A stretch of 62,197 nt of DNA, the filler included. It is 4 parts of 4 records of this genome, joined end to end, with 100 filler letters (N's around TTAATTAATTAA, not from the genome) between each part and the next. Parts side by side here need not be neighbours in the genome. Positions count along the whole stretch, not along the records: positions 40,150 to 55,935 come from DRR723986_7771; positions 56,036 to 62,197 come from DRR723986_7834; 2 more parts are not named here. One strand, given 5' to 3'. Under the pieces are notes generated by a model. The model was given only the letters and a program-made list of their open reading frames with translations. It ran no database searches and was not told the DNA's origin. Both the position numbers and the translations under genes were made by a program. Positions 50,236-59,688 of the stretch are shown piece after piece (position 1 is the stretch's first letter; each line of letters opens with the position of its first letter).

Positions 50236-50697
50236 CTAATTCTGTTTAACTTTCTTACGTGCGGCCAACCATTCGTCCAGAGAATACTTTCCGGCCTCAT
50301 GATGCAGAAAGTGGACACAGGCACCGAGCAGGCATAAATTCTTAAACAAATTGCTGCGTTGGTAAACATCCCACAACCACAAGCAATCGCTGGAGAGATC
50401 CGCCGGAGCCTGCAAAACCGCCGGAAGATGCACCGTGGCGGTGACGCCAATCAGAAATCCCCCTAATATCATTGCGCCCCAACTAACGCGATAGCCGATC
50501 ATGATCATGAGGCCGCCCAGGAGCAGCACCATGCCTATCAGAATCGAGACTTCGCGTTTGAAGCCGACCCAGACCGGCATAAGCGTCTGCAGTAGCTCAT
50601 CTGCAAATAAGTGCTCCATGCCCAGCCCAAGGAAGATCAGGCTGAACAGAAAACGAAATATTACACTTGAGGCATCATGGCTAATCAACTTTCGCAT
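50236..50697 (-). CDS. DoxX-like membrane protein
   Basis: FRFLFSLIFLGLG.EH, several TM segments, LFKNLCLLG; start MRKLISH overlaps the SDR end. Confidence 0.75.
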   Translation of the reverse strand: MRKLISHDASSVIFRFLFSLIFLGLGMEHLFADELLQTLMPVWVGFKREVSILIGMVLLLGGLMIMIGYRVSWGAMILGGFLIGVTATVHLPAVLQAPADLSSDCLWLWDVYQRSNLFKNLCLLGACVHFLHHEAGKYSLDEWLAARKKVKQN

Positions 50698-51586
50698 GTT
50701 CGGGCACCCAGGATTTGATGTTTGGCAGAGAATGATACAGCAACCTGTGATACATCCTGCGCGGAAGAAATTTGCGAAGGTAAAAGAAGAACCAGGCGTC
50801 AACGGTAGCCGGCACGCGTAGCGGCGGACGGCGGCTTTCAATTGTGCGCACTATTCGGCGAGCTATATCTTCGGGCCGGGTGGGCGAAAGCTTCATCATG
50901 CGCTCGATAAACGGCAGCATGTTCGAGTAGTAATGATAGTATGTGGCGCAATCATCGTTTAGCGAGTCGCGGCAGCGTTTGGTGATACGTGCGTGCCTGA
51001 AGGAATCGGAATGCACAAAACCCGGCTCAAATAGTGTGACGCGCACGTTCCAGGGTTTGAGTTCGTAAAAGAGCGCCTCACTGCCGCCTTCCAGCGCAAA
51101 TTTGGAAGCGGAGTAGGGGCCCATGGTCGGCATCGCCATCATTCCACCGACTGAAGAAACGTTGATGATGTGGCCACTGCGCTTGGAGCGCATGCGCGGA
51201 ATCACCAGGCGCGCCAGTTCCATCGGCCCAAAGTAATTGATATCGAACTGGTTTTCTTCTTCCTCCTTGGTGATATCTTCCATCACCGCACGAACAGTTA
51301 AACCGGCATTGTTAACGAGCACGTCCACACCGTTCCACATCATGCTGATTTCGTTGATCAGGCGCCTGCGCTCCCGGTCATTGGTTACATCCAGTGGCCT
51401 GATCAGCAGGCGGTCGTTATCGCGTAAACCTTCCAGTCCAAAGCGGGGCAGTGAAGACTCACGTGCCGTGGCGATGATGCGCATATCGGTTTTGAGTAAC
51501 TCGCGGACTAGCGCAAGGCCTATTCCGGTGCTGGCTCCCGTGACCAGTACAACTCGCCGACGCCGCGCTGCGGCTGTGTGTGGCAT
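50681..51586 (-). CDS. Short-chain dehydrogenase/reductase
   Basis: TGASTGIG, VNNAG, NVSS and YSASK motifs. Confidence 0.93.
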   Translation of the reverse strand: MPHTAAARRRRVVLVTGASTGIGLALVRELLKTDMRIIATARESSLPRFGLEGLRDNDRLLIRPLDVTNDRERRRLINEISMMWNGVDVLVNNAGLTVRAVMEDITKEEEENQFDINYFGPMELARLVIPRMRSKRSGHIINVSSVGGMMAMPTMGPYSASKFALEGGSEALFYELKPWNVRVTLFEPGFVHSDSFRHARITKRCRDSLNDDCATYYHYYSNMLPFIERMMKLSPTRPEDIARRIVRTIESRRPPLRVPATVDAWFFFYLRKFLPRRMYHRLLYHSLPNIKSWVPEHAKVD

Positions 51587-51704
51587 GTATCCAAATCCTC
51601 TGACTCAAAATCCCGAAATTCCAGATTATCCCGCCGATGCCTATGGAACAGCTGCCACAAAATACAAAGCCGGCATTTTGAAACAAGTGCGGCCAATAAA
51701 TAAG

Positions 51705-51738
51705 AAAAGCCCGGTCTCCATTTGGAAACCGGGCTTTT
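51705..51738. terminator. Intrinsic terminator downstream of the DUF4397 gene
   Basis: AAAAGCCCGGTCTCC-attt-GGAAACCGGGCTTTT. Confidence 0.85.
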
Positions 51739-51806
51739 GATGTTTGTCAGGCCAAATGCCCGCCGAATGACAATTCAGTCACATCAGCAGGCAGCATTGG
51801 CTGTTT

Positions 51807-54800
51807 TTAGCGCAGATTAACAACCTGAATGTCAAATGAGCCACTCAGTGTTGAAACGCGCACAGTGAACGTTCCCGAAGCCTGTGCAGCCAGGTCAAGT
51901 GGCAATACCTGTTTGCCAATGCCCTGGAAGCCGTTGAAAATCTGACCCAGCGGGCGTCCAGTTTGGTCAAATAGCTCAGCACGTACGAGGCCGGCTTCAA
52001 CCAGTTCGTATGCTATCGTCGCCTGGCCATTGGCTGGTTGCGGGTAGATAGCAATGCTGGATGCTTTGACTTCGCGTGGAGTTTCACCAACACTGGTAAC
52101 AACCGGGAAGTCCCGTACGCTACCGTCTTCGAGTACCAGACAGAGACGCAGGTCGTAGCCAGAAGGAACCGTACCAGGTTCGTCACCTGGTGTCAGGAAG
52201 CCACATGCCAGCAGGACGCCGGTTTGACCACCCAGGCCGTCAGTGTTGAGGAAGTACTGACCAGCAACCGTGTTTGGGTCACCGGCGGCAGTAACAGTTA
52301 CGTCAAAGACGGCTGGAGATTCAGAGATATAGTCGCTGAAAGAACCAAAAGCAAGATTCGAGAGCAGAGGCGTACCGTCATCAGTCAGGACAACGTCCAC
52401 GTCCGGCGCATCGGTTGAGCCATGGAAAACAGTGAACTCAAAGTTGTTCGGGTTTTCAGTTGGCTCAGAACGCAGCTGCAATACGTCAACGTCCAGCGAA
52501 ATATCACGACCGTTGACAGGATTGTTAAATCCTTCGCCGGCTACACCATTGACAATCGCTGCATAACGTTGGTCAACGTCCATCGCTGGAAGCGTCATGC
52601 TCAGGATCACCTCGGAATCGACTCCAGTGCTGGAGGAACCTGCAACGACGATGTTGTTCGCCTGTCCGGCTGGAACTCCCAGAAATTCCGTTGCGCCGCG
52701 GAAGGGCACATCGTCAAGTACGGGTGTCTTGGAACCATTGATATAGATGTCAACGACTGCAGCAGCCGGATCCGGAGAGTTGTGAATCAGCTGGACGTTG
52801 GCCAGATCCGGTGCATCAGCAAACAGCTCCGTTACCGATCCGTCCGGGCGCATGATATAGACACCCAGGGTAGATGTAGCAGGAACGGTTCCTGGCTCTC
52901 CATCAAGCGTGGCAAAGCCGGAGGCAAATACCAAACCGGCGCCGCCATCCTCATTGAGGTCAGCCGCATAGAGGCCAATGATATTATTTACGTTGCCGGA
53001 TTCCGTTACGGTGAATACATAGTCGCCGTTTGGAAGTGCGAGGTAAGTCGATTGCTGTCCGTAATCAAGGCCCGGAATAACCGGAATGTCAAGACTCAGC
53101 CCAAAGACGTCGAGCTCCGGTGCATCAGTCACACCGTGAAAAGCCACTAACGCGAAGGTACCCGCATCTGGAGACGTTGAAACAGCGTCAATCAGGTAGG
53201 TTTGAATCTTAATGTCACGTGTGCCTGGATCCGGATTCTCATAGTCGTCTTCATCAACACCGTTAACGATCAGGAAATGCTCCGAATCAGTATTCAATGG
53301 TCCGATGCTGCGACGGTGCAGAACGCGGTCATCACTACGCGTGCTGGCGCCTTCAGCTACTACAAGGTCAAGTGTTTCATTCGCAGGCACATTGATAAAC
53401 GGCGTCGCACTGCGGAAGGCCAGGTCATCTGTTCCCGCTAAACGCTTACCGTTGATGTAGATGTCTACCGTACCGGCTTCGGTCATTGCCGAGTTATTTA
53501 GGAATTGAATCTGAGCGGCGTCTTCCACGGCAACCGTCAGGGGAGTGACTGTACCGTCGGCAGCAGCCATAGAGAGGCCAAAGTTATAGACTTCTCCCAG
53601 CACGGCCGGTTCGTTTTCAGGCGTCACAAATCCGTGTGCAAAGATGCTGACCGATTGACCTTCAAAGGCACTCAGGTTCAGATCATAACTTTGAACAACC
53701 AGGTCTTCATTGCCTGCAGCAGTTACGCGCAGAATAAAGCCTTCCGGTGCCAGCGAAACATAGTCGCTGATATCAGCATAGTCCAGGTTGGCAATCGGAG
53801 GTGCACCAATTCCATCAATGCGGAAGTCAACGGCCGGCGCGTCAGTTACGCCGTGGATTGCCAGGAATTCAGCATTGATGTCAACGTCGGCTTCCGAGCG
53901 CGCTTCAGCGATGCTCAAACCGAGGTTCAGGTCGCGGTTTTCGCTATCCGGATTTTCATAGTCGGCTGGGTCGTTAAGGCCTACAGCCACTCCAACGTAC
54001 TCTGTGTAGCGCGTCAGCTGGCCAGGCATAATTTCTTTGATTACGCGATTCGTAGGGCCGGAGCTGCTTGGCTGTGCAAAAGTCACAGTCAGGTCAACTT
54101 CTGCAGGCAAGTCGATGTACGGCGTTGCGCCAAGGAAGCTCAGGTTGTCCGTCGCCATCGGCTTAAAACCGTTAACGTAAATGTCAACAGTCTCGGCTGC
54201 AGGGTCTGAGGCCGAGTGAATAACCTGCATGCGCGCTACAAACGGCATTTCGATTACATCACCATTACCGAGTGCGGCATACAGTTTCATTTCATATGCT
54301 TTCGGAATCACAACCGGCTCATTTTCGGTCGTCACAAATCCCGAAGCAAACAAGACGATGCTCTGTCCACCAACTTCGCTCAGGTCAGCGAACCAGCGGC
54401 CAATCAGATCAATCTTGGAATTATTTTCAGTCACTGAGAATGAGTAGACGCCATTTGGAACGGTCACAGGTGGGCCGTCATCACCAAAGCGCACATTCTC
54501 CATCAGTGGCGAACCTTCAAGGTTCGTAAAGATGTCAATGCTGGGAGCGTCGGTCACACCGTGAACGGTGTAAATGTCAACTCTGTCATCTGCGGATGAA
54601 GCTTTGTCAACTTCCACCAGTACGATGTCCAGCGCCAGATCGCGGTTGCCCGGATCGCCATTTTCAAATCCGGCATCCTCAATCAGGCCATTGATGACTA
54701 CTGCATAGTCCTGGCCGGGAATCAGGAAGTTAGGATTGATTTCACGAATCAGGTTGTCATCGGAATCTGTGCTCTCGTCCCCATTAATGCGAATTTCAGG

Positions 54801-55730
54801 GCGAATACCGGATCGTGTTGTGATGTAAGGAGCAGCGCTGCGGAACGCCAGGTCATCCAGCGCGTCCGGTTTTTCGCCGTTGATGTAGACATCAATCACG
54901 TCAGTATTTGGAAATCCACTGTTGTGGATAATCTGAATATCTGATCCTATTTCCGGGAAGGGCACCACCGAGCCGCTCGGGCGCACGGCGTACATGCCAA
55001 ACTCGTGGTCGGCCGCTATTGCTTCCGGCTCGTCTTCCGGTGTATAAAAACCGGATGCCACAACCACAAAAGGTTCGTTAAAACCAACGATAGGGGCTTC
55101 AAAACCGCGAATCGGCTGGTTGAGGTCATTCGCAAGCGTAAAGACGTAATTGCCTGGGTCAATCGAAACGTAGCCCGAAAAAGCGTTGTACGCCAAATCG
55201 TCTACATCCGGTGTCCCCGAACGGAAATCCGTCAGGAAGTCAAACGCAGGTACGTCTGTTCCGGTGTGGAACAGTACAAATTCTGCTTGTGCATTGTTCT
55301 GGCGTGTGTTGCGCACTTCACGACGCTCAATCGTGTAGGTCAGGTCACGACCATCACCTGGATCCTGAAAACCGTCACCACGTACACCGCTAATCACGAA
55401 TACGTAGTAACCATCGGCCACCAGCTGTCCGGTATTGATGAAAACTCCATCATCAAGTTTGCCTTCACCAACACTTGTACTGCTTGCATCAGTCAAGGTG
55501 ATTTCATAGATGCCCGGGTCCACCTCAAAGAACGGCGTCGCACGGCGATACCGTAAGTCATTGAGGCCCGCGGGTTTAAGGATGTTTAGATAAACGTCAA
55601 GGACCGCATGATCCGCACTGTGGAAGTTGTGGATAAACTGGACGTTGGCCTGTTGAGCCTGGCCCGGGCTTGCACACATCAGCAGGCCCAATATTGTGCC
55701 GGCGATCAGAAAACGAAACTTTACATTCAT
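51807..55730 (-). CDS. Large secreted protein with five tandem DUF4397-type modules and T9SS C-terminal domain
   Basis: Five repeats starting VQFIHN/IQIIHN/MQVIHS/IQFLNN/VQLIHN, each with H.xxDAP.D-type and ASGF-type motifs; C-terminal IYPQPANG..SGTFTVRV. Confidence 0.85.
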   Translation of the reverse strand: MNVKFRFLIAGTILGLLMCASPGQAQQANVQFIHNFHSADHAVLDVYLNILKPAGLNDLRYRRATPFFEVDPGIYEITLTDASSTSVGEGKLDDGVFINTGQLVADGYYVFVISGVRGDGFQDPGDGRDLTYTIERREVRNTRQNNAQAEFVLFHTGTDVPAFDFLTDFRSGTPDVDDLAYNAFSGYVSIDPGNYVFTLANDLNQPIRGFEAPIVGFNEPFVVVASGFYTPEDEPEAIAADHEFGMYAVRPSGSVVPFPEIGSDIQIIHNSGFPNTDVIDVYINGEKPDALDDLAFRSAAPYITTRSGIRPEIRINGDESTDSDDNLIREINPNFLIPGQDYAVVINGLIEDAGFENGDPGNRDLALDIVLVEVDKASSADDRVDIYTVHGVTDAPSIDIFTNLEGSPLMENVRFGDDGPPVTVPNGVYSFSVTENNSKIDLIGRWFADLSEVGGQSIVLFASGFVTTENEPVVIPKAYEMKLYAALGNGDVIEMPFVARMQVIHSASDPAAETVDIYVNGFKPMATDNLSFLGATPYIDLPAEVDLTVTFAQPSSSGPTNRVIKEIMPGQLTRYTEYVGVAVGLNDPADYENPDSENRDLNLGLSIAEARSEADVDINAEFLAIHGVTDAPAVDFRIDGIGAPPIANLDYADISDYVSLAPEGFILRVTAAGNEDLVVQSYDLNLSAFEGQSVSIFAHGFVTPENEPAVLGEVYNFGLSMAAADGTVTPLTVAVEDAAQIQFLNNSAMTEAGTVDIYINGKRLAGTDDLAFRSATPFINVPANETLDLVVAEGASTRSDDRVLHRRSIGPLNTDSEHFLIVNGVDEDDYENPDPGTRDIKIQTYLIDAVSTSPDAGTFALVAFHGVTDAPELDVFGLSLDIPVIPGLDYGQQSTYLALPNGDYVFTVTESGNVNNIIGLYAADLNEDGGAGLVFASGFATLDGEPGTVPATSTLGVYIMRPDGSVTELFADAPDLANVQLIHNSPDPAAAVVDIYINGSKTPVLDDVPFRGATEFLGVPAGQANNIVVAGSSSTGVDSEVILSMTLPAMDVDQRYAAIVNGVAGEGFNNPVNGRDISLDVDVLQLRSEPTENPNNFEFTVFHGSTDAPDVDVVLTDDGTPLLSNLAFGSFSDYISESPAVFDVTVTAAGDPNTVAGQYFLNTDGLGGQTGVLLACGFLTPGDEPGTVPSGYDLRLCLVLEDGSVRDFPVVTSVGETPREVKASSIAIYPQPANGQATIAYELVEAGLVRAELFDQTGRPLGQIFNGFQGIGKQVLPLDLAAQASGTFTVRVSTLSGSFDIQVVNLR

Positions 55731-55935
55731 AGCTAAATCCTTTGACAGTCTATGATCAAGAGCTTAAGAATCAATTCATTAAGCCTCGATGGCGGGCGGC
55801 GCCAGGAGGCATCCAGTGTGCGTGTTGGGTCTAAATGCTAATGCAGTTGTTGAATGCAGACGAGTCACCAGGCTCTCTGCCTTACATCATCGATCAATGA
55901 CCCCTCAAATTACAAAAGGACTCATCTTGAATTGC

Positions 55936-56035
55936 NNNNNNNNNNNNNNNNNNNNNNNNNNNNNNNNNNNNNNNNNNNNTTAATTAATTAANNNNNNNNN
56001 NNNNNNNNNNNNNNNNNNNNNNNNNNNNNNNNNNN
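55936..56035. other. Artificial contig linker
   Basis: N-run, TTAATTAATTAA, N-run. Confidence 0.98.
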
Positions 56036-56489
56036 TGTCCCAATACATGCTGCCCAGATCCTCGGCAAAACATTTGGCCAGACCATAGAAGGTATCCGGG
56101 CGGTGCGGCGCGTCGGTGCCGATAAAATCGGTCTTGGCGTGCATTCCAACCGCATGGATCGAGCTGCCGTAAACCACGCGCCGCAGGCCCTGGCGATAGG
56201 CAGCTTCCCAGATGTTATAGGCCCCGATGAAATTCGGGCCGAGCAGTTTTTCAAACGGGCCTTCATCCGCGTAGGCGCCCATATGCACAACCATGTCCGC
56301 GCCTTCGAGAACCTTCAGCATGTCATCAAGGCTGGCCAGATCACCCTTCATGTAGGTTTCACCGGGATAGAGTTTGCCAATGTCATCCACGATGTCGGTC
56401 GAGACAAGTTCATCACATATCTGGGTCAGCGGTTCGCGCAGGTAGGAACCAAGGCGGCCAGCGGCGCCTGTCAAAACGAGTTTTTTCAT
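56036..56489 (-). CDS. NAD-dependent epimerase/dehydratase (uronate dehydrogenase-like), 3' truncated
   Basis: TGAAGRLG, SSIHAVG and RPDTFYGLAK (YxxxK) motifs. Confidence 0.85.
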
Positions 56490-56492
56490 GGG

Positions 56493-57704
56493 TCAGTCTT
56501 TCTTGAGTTTTGATGTGGCTTCGGCAAGGCGGATCATCGCCTTGTCCAGAACCTCGGCCGAGGTGGCCGTCGAGAGGCGGAAAAAGGGTGACAGCTCATA
56601 GGCGCTGCCGGGCACGGCGGCGATGCCTGCCGCGTCCAGAAGATAGGCGGCAAAGTCGATGTCGCCCGCAATCACCTTGCCGTCAGGTGTCCTGGCTCCG
56701 ATAAAATCCGCGCAGCCAATATAGGCGTAGAACGCCCCGCCCGGTGCGTCGAGTGTCAGGCCCTCAATCTGCGCGATCCGGTCTACCACCAGATTGCGGC
56801 GGGCCTCAAACGCGGCGTTGAACCGGCGCACGCCATCTTGGGGGCCGTTCAATGCGGCCACGGCAGCGGCCTGCGCGATGGTGCAGGGGCCAGAGCTGAT
56901 TTGCGATTGCACCTTGGTCATTGCAGCAATCAACGGCGCAGGGCCGCCCGCATAACCGATCCGCCACCCTGTCATGGCATAGGCTTTGGACACGCCGTTG
57001 ACCGTAAGCGTGCGGTCTTTCAGATACGGACAAGCGGCAGCAAAAGACAGGAAGTTGCGCCCGTCGAACAGAATGTGTTCATAGATCTCATCAGACAGGA
57101 TCAACACCCGAGGATGATCGCGCAGCACTGCGCCCAAGCCGCGCAGGGCTGCATCATCATAGGTTGCACCCGCTGGGTTGGACGGGCTGTTGAGGATGAT
57201 CCAGCGGGTCTTGGGCGTGATCACCTCCGCCAGCGCCTTGGGTGTCAGGCAAAAGCCATCCTCGGCCTTGGCTTTGACCGTCACCGGCACACCGCCAAGG
57301 ATCAGCACCATATCCTTGTATTGGCCAAAGTAGGGCGCACAAAGCACCACTTCATCGCCCGGCTCCAATGTGGCCATCAGCGCGTCAAAGATCACCTGTT
57401 TTGCGCCATTGCTGACAATCACATCGGTCTCTGCGGCATAATCCAGACCGTTTTCGCGGGCGAATTTGGCACTGACCGCCTGCCGCGCGGCCAAAGTACC
57501 TTGGGTGGGCGGATAACGGGTGTCTCCGGCCAGCGCGGCCTGATGCGCGGCCTCGATGATATGGGCAGGCGTGTCAAAATCCGGCTCGCCCAACCCCAGA
57601 TCGATGACATCGCGGCCTGCGGCCTTGGCGGCTTTCGCAGCTTGGCTCACGGCGGCGGAGGCCGACGGTTTCACTGTAGCAAGACGGGCGGCGGCATAGG
57701 TCAT
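56493..57704 (-). CDS. Class I/II aminotransferase (aspartate aminotransferase-like)
   Basis: GEPDF, GAKQ, NSPSNPAG, SDEIY and SKAYAMTGWRIG motifs. Confidence 0.93.
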   Translation of the reverse strand: MTYAAARLATVKPSASAAVSQAAKAAKAAGRDVIDLGLGEPDFDTPAHIIEAAHQAALAGDTRYPPTQGTLAARQAVSAKFARENGLDYAAETDVIVSNGAKQVIFDALMATLEPGDEVVLCAPYFGQYKDMVLILGGVPVTVKAKAEDGFCLTPKALAEVITPKTRWIILNSPSNPAGATYDDAALRGLGAVLRDHPRVLILSDEIYEHILFDGRNFLSFAAACPYLKDRTLTVNGVSKAYAMTGWRIGYAGGPAPLIAAMTKVQSQISSGPCTIAQAAAVAALNGPQDGVRRFNAAFEARRNLVVDRIAQIEGLTLDAPGGAFYAYIGCADFIGARTPDGKVIAGDIDFAAYLLDAAGIAAVPGSAYELSPFFRLSTATSAEVLDKAMIRLAEATSKLKKD

Positions 57705-58474
57705 TTGAGCTGGCCTTTCACCTCTGCCAGCAAGGTATCGCTGGCCTTGGCCAACAGGCCGGTGTCACTGCCACAAGCAACAAAAGTGAACCCGTCGTTC
57801 AGCAATTTGGCGGCAAATGCCGGATCAGACACCAAGGTGCCAACAGGCATGCCCTTGTCCATCAACCGCCGCGCAACCGGCATGATCGCGTCCCAAACCG
57901 CATCATCCATCGGCTTGCCCAGCAGACCCATATCGGCGGCAATATCCGCAGGCCCAAAGAAGATCCCGCTGACACCGTCCACGGCGGCAATATCCTCGGC
58001 TTGTTCAAGCGCGGATGCGGTTTCGATCTGCAACAGTACCGTGGTTTCATCCGCGACCTTGGCAAAATAATCCCCCACACGGCCAAACTTGTTGGCCCGC
58101 GTGTTGCCCGACACGCCGCGCATCCCCAGCGGGGGATAACGGGTTGCGGCGACTGCTTTTTGCGCTTCCTCGACCGTTTGGATCATCGGAAACAACAGCC
58201 CCGGCACGCCCATATCGAGCAGGCGTTTGACGATCACCGGATCATTCCATTCGGGCCGCACAATGGCGGTTGTCTGGCTGGAGGCAAATACCTGCAACTG
58301 GCCCAGAACGCTGAAGTAGTCGTTGGGCGAATGCTCCATATCGATCAGCGCCCAGTCATAGCCGCTTGGCGCTGTGACCTCGGCGGCAAAGGCGCTGGCG
58401 AAACTGATCCAGAGGCCAAGCTGCTTTTGCCCTGCGGCAATGGCATGGGTAAACGGGTTCTGCTCCAGATCCAT
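57701..58474 (-). CDS. HpcH/HpaI class II aldolase
   Basis: IDMEHSP, RYPPLGMRG, QIET and GPAD motifs. Confidence 0.92.
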   Translation of the reverse strand: MDLEQNPFTHAIAAGQKQLGLWISFASAFAAEVTAPSGYDWALIDMEHSPNDYFSVLGQLQVFASSQTTAIVRPEWNDPVIVKRLLDMGVPGLLFPMIQTVEEAQKAVAATRYPPLGMRGVSGNTRANKFGRVGDYFAKVADETTVLLQIETASALEQAEDIAAVDGVSGIFFGPADIAADMGLLGKPMDDAVWDAIMPVARRLMDKGMPVGTLVSDPAFAAKLLNDGFTFVACGSDTGLLAKASDTLLAEVKGQLK

Positions 58475-59688
58475 TAGATCACTGCCTTCTCGCTGACCGG
58501 CAGGTTTTGCCCGATCCGGTTGAAATGAAACTCGCTCAGGTCGAGGGTCTTGTAGTTGCCATGCAACATGATTTCGGCGGTGCCGCGCCCCATCGCCGGG
58601 GATTGCTGCAATCCGTGGCCCGAGAAACCGTTGAGGAAAAAGAAGTTCGAAACCTCATCATGTGGCCCCAAGATCGCGTTGTGATCAAAGGTGTTGTAGG
58701 AATAATGCCCGGCCCATTCCGACTGCACTTTGATCGCTTCAAACTGCGGGATGCGGGTCGCGAGAGTCGGCCAGATATGGTTTTCCCAGATCGAATGATC
58801 CATCGCAAAATCATCAAAGTCCACCGCCGGATCAATATCCGCATGACCGCCTGCCTGATAGGTGCCGCCGCCGTTTTCGCGCACGTGCACGCCGGAGGGA
58901 TCAATTGTCAGTGGCAGGTCGCGGTCCAGCGGCTTTTCTGCCGTGAATATCCAGGTGAAACGCTTGCGCGGCTCAACCGGAATTTCGATCCCCGCCATTT
59001 GCGCGGTGCGGTTGGCGCGGGGGCCCGAGGCGTTCAAAACCTGTCCGCAAGACACGACCTCGCCCGAGGACAGCGTGACACTTTCCACCTGCGTGCCGGC
59101 GGCATTCTTGGTGATCGCGACGACCTCGTTCTGGATATACTCAACACCGGCCTCTTTGGCGGCGCGGCGTTGGCAATCAAACACGGCTGTGCCGTCCCAA
59201 TAGCCTTCGTCAACCAGATTGATCGAGCCAAGCACGATGTCATCAAGGTTGTAGAATGGATAGGCCTGCGCAATCTCGTCGCGGGTCATCAACTGGGTCG
59301 CCGCCCCTGCGGCATGCTGAATTTTCTGGTTCTCGCGCAATACATCGGCAAAGCCGTCATTGTCCGCCAGATACATATATCCAAAACTGCGGATACCAAG
59401 GTCAGGCACACGGGTGTCGCCGCCCATGTATTCGCGCAGGTTTTTCACAAACTCGGCGGCAAACTGCGAGATTTTCACATTAAGCTGGGTCGAGAACTGC
59501 TGACGCATGCAGGAATTCGTGTGCATGGTTGATGAGTTCTGATAGGTCGGATCACGCTCCACCACCAGAATGCGTCCGTCAAAATCTTTGTCCTTGGACA
59601 AAAACCAAGCGGCCGACGATCCCATAATGGCACCGCCGACGATCACAACATCATAGTTTTGATGTGCAGGGGCTTGCAGTTTGCTCAT
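58474..59688 (-). CDS. FAD-dependent oxidoreductase (DAO family, FOXRED1/sarcosine oxidase beta-like)
   Basis: VGGAIMG, RQQFS, WAGHY and NGFSGHGLQQ motifs. Confidence 0.88.
   Translation of the reverse strand: MSKLQAPAHQNYDVVIVGGAIMGSSAAWFLSKDKDFDGRILVVERDPTYQNSSTMHTNSCMRQQFSTQLNVKISQFAAEFVKNLREYMGGDTRVPDLGIRSFGYMYLADNDGFADVLRENQKIQHAAGAATQLMTRDEIAQAYPFYNLDDIVLGSINLVDEGYWDGTAVFDCQRRAAKEAGVEYIQNEVVAITKNAAGTQVESVTLSSGEVVSCGQVLNASGPRANRTAQMAGIEIPVEPRKRFTWIFTAEKPLDRDLPLTIDPSGVHVRENGGGTYQAGGHADIDPAVDFDDFAMDHSIWENHIWPTLATRIPQFEAIKVQSEWAGHYSYNTFDHNAILGPHDEVSNFFFLNGFSGHGLQQSPAMGRGTAEIMLHGNYKTLDLSEFHFNRIGQNLPVSEKAVI

Noticed and set aside
56838-58070. Long antisense ORFs (this 410-aa one, also 58507-59532, 7587-8426 and 8799-9650)
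   Set aside because: Shadow frames of well-supported opposite-strand genes in GC-rich DNA, with no motifs
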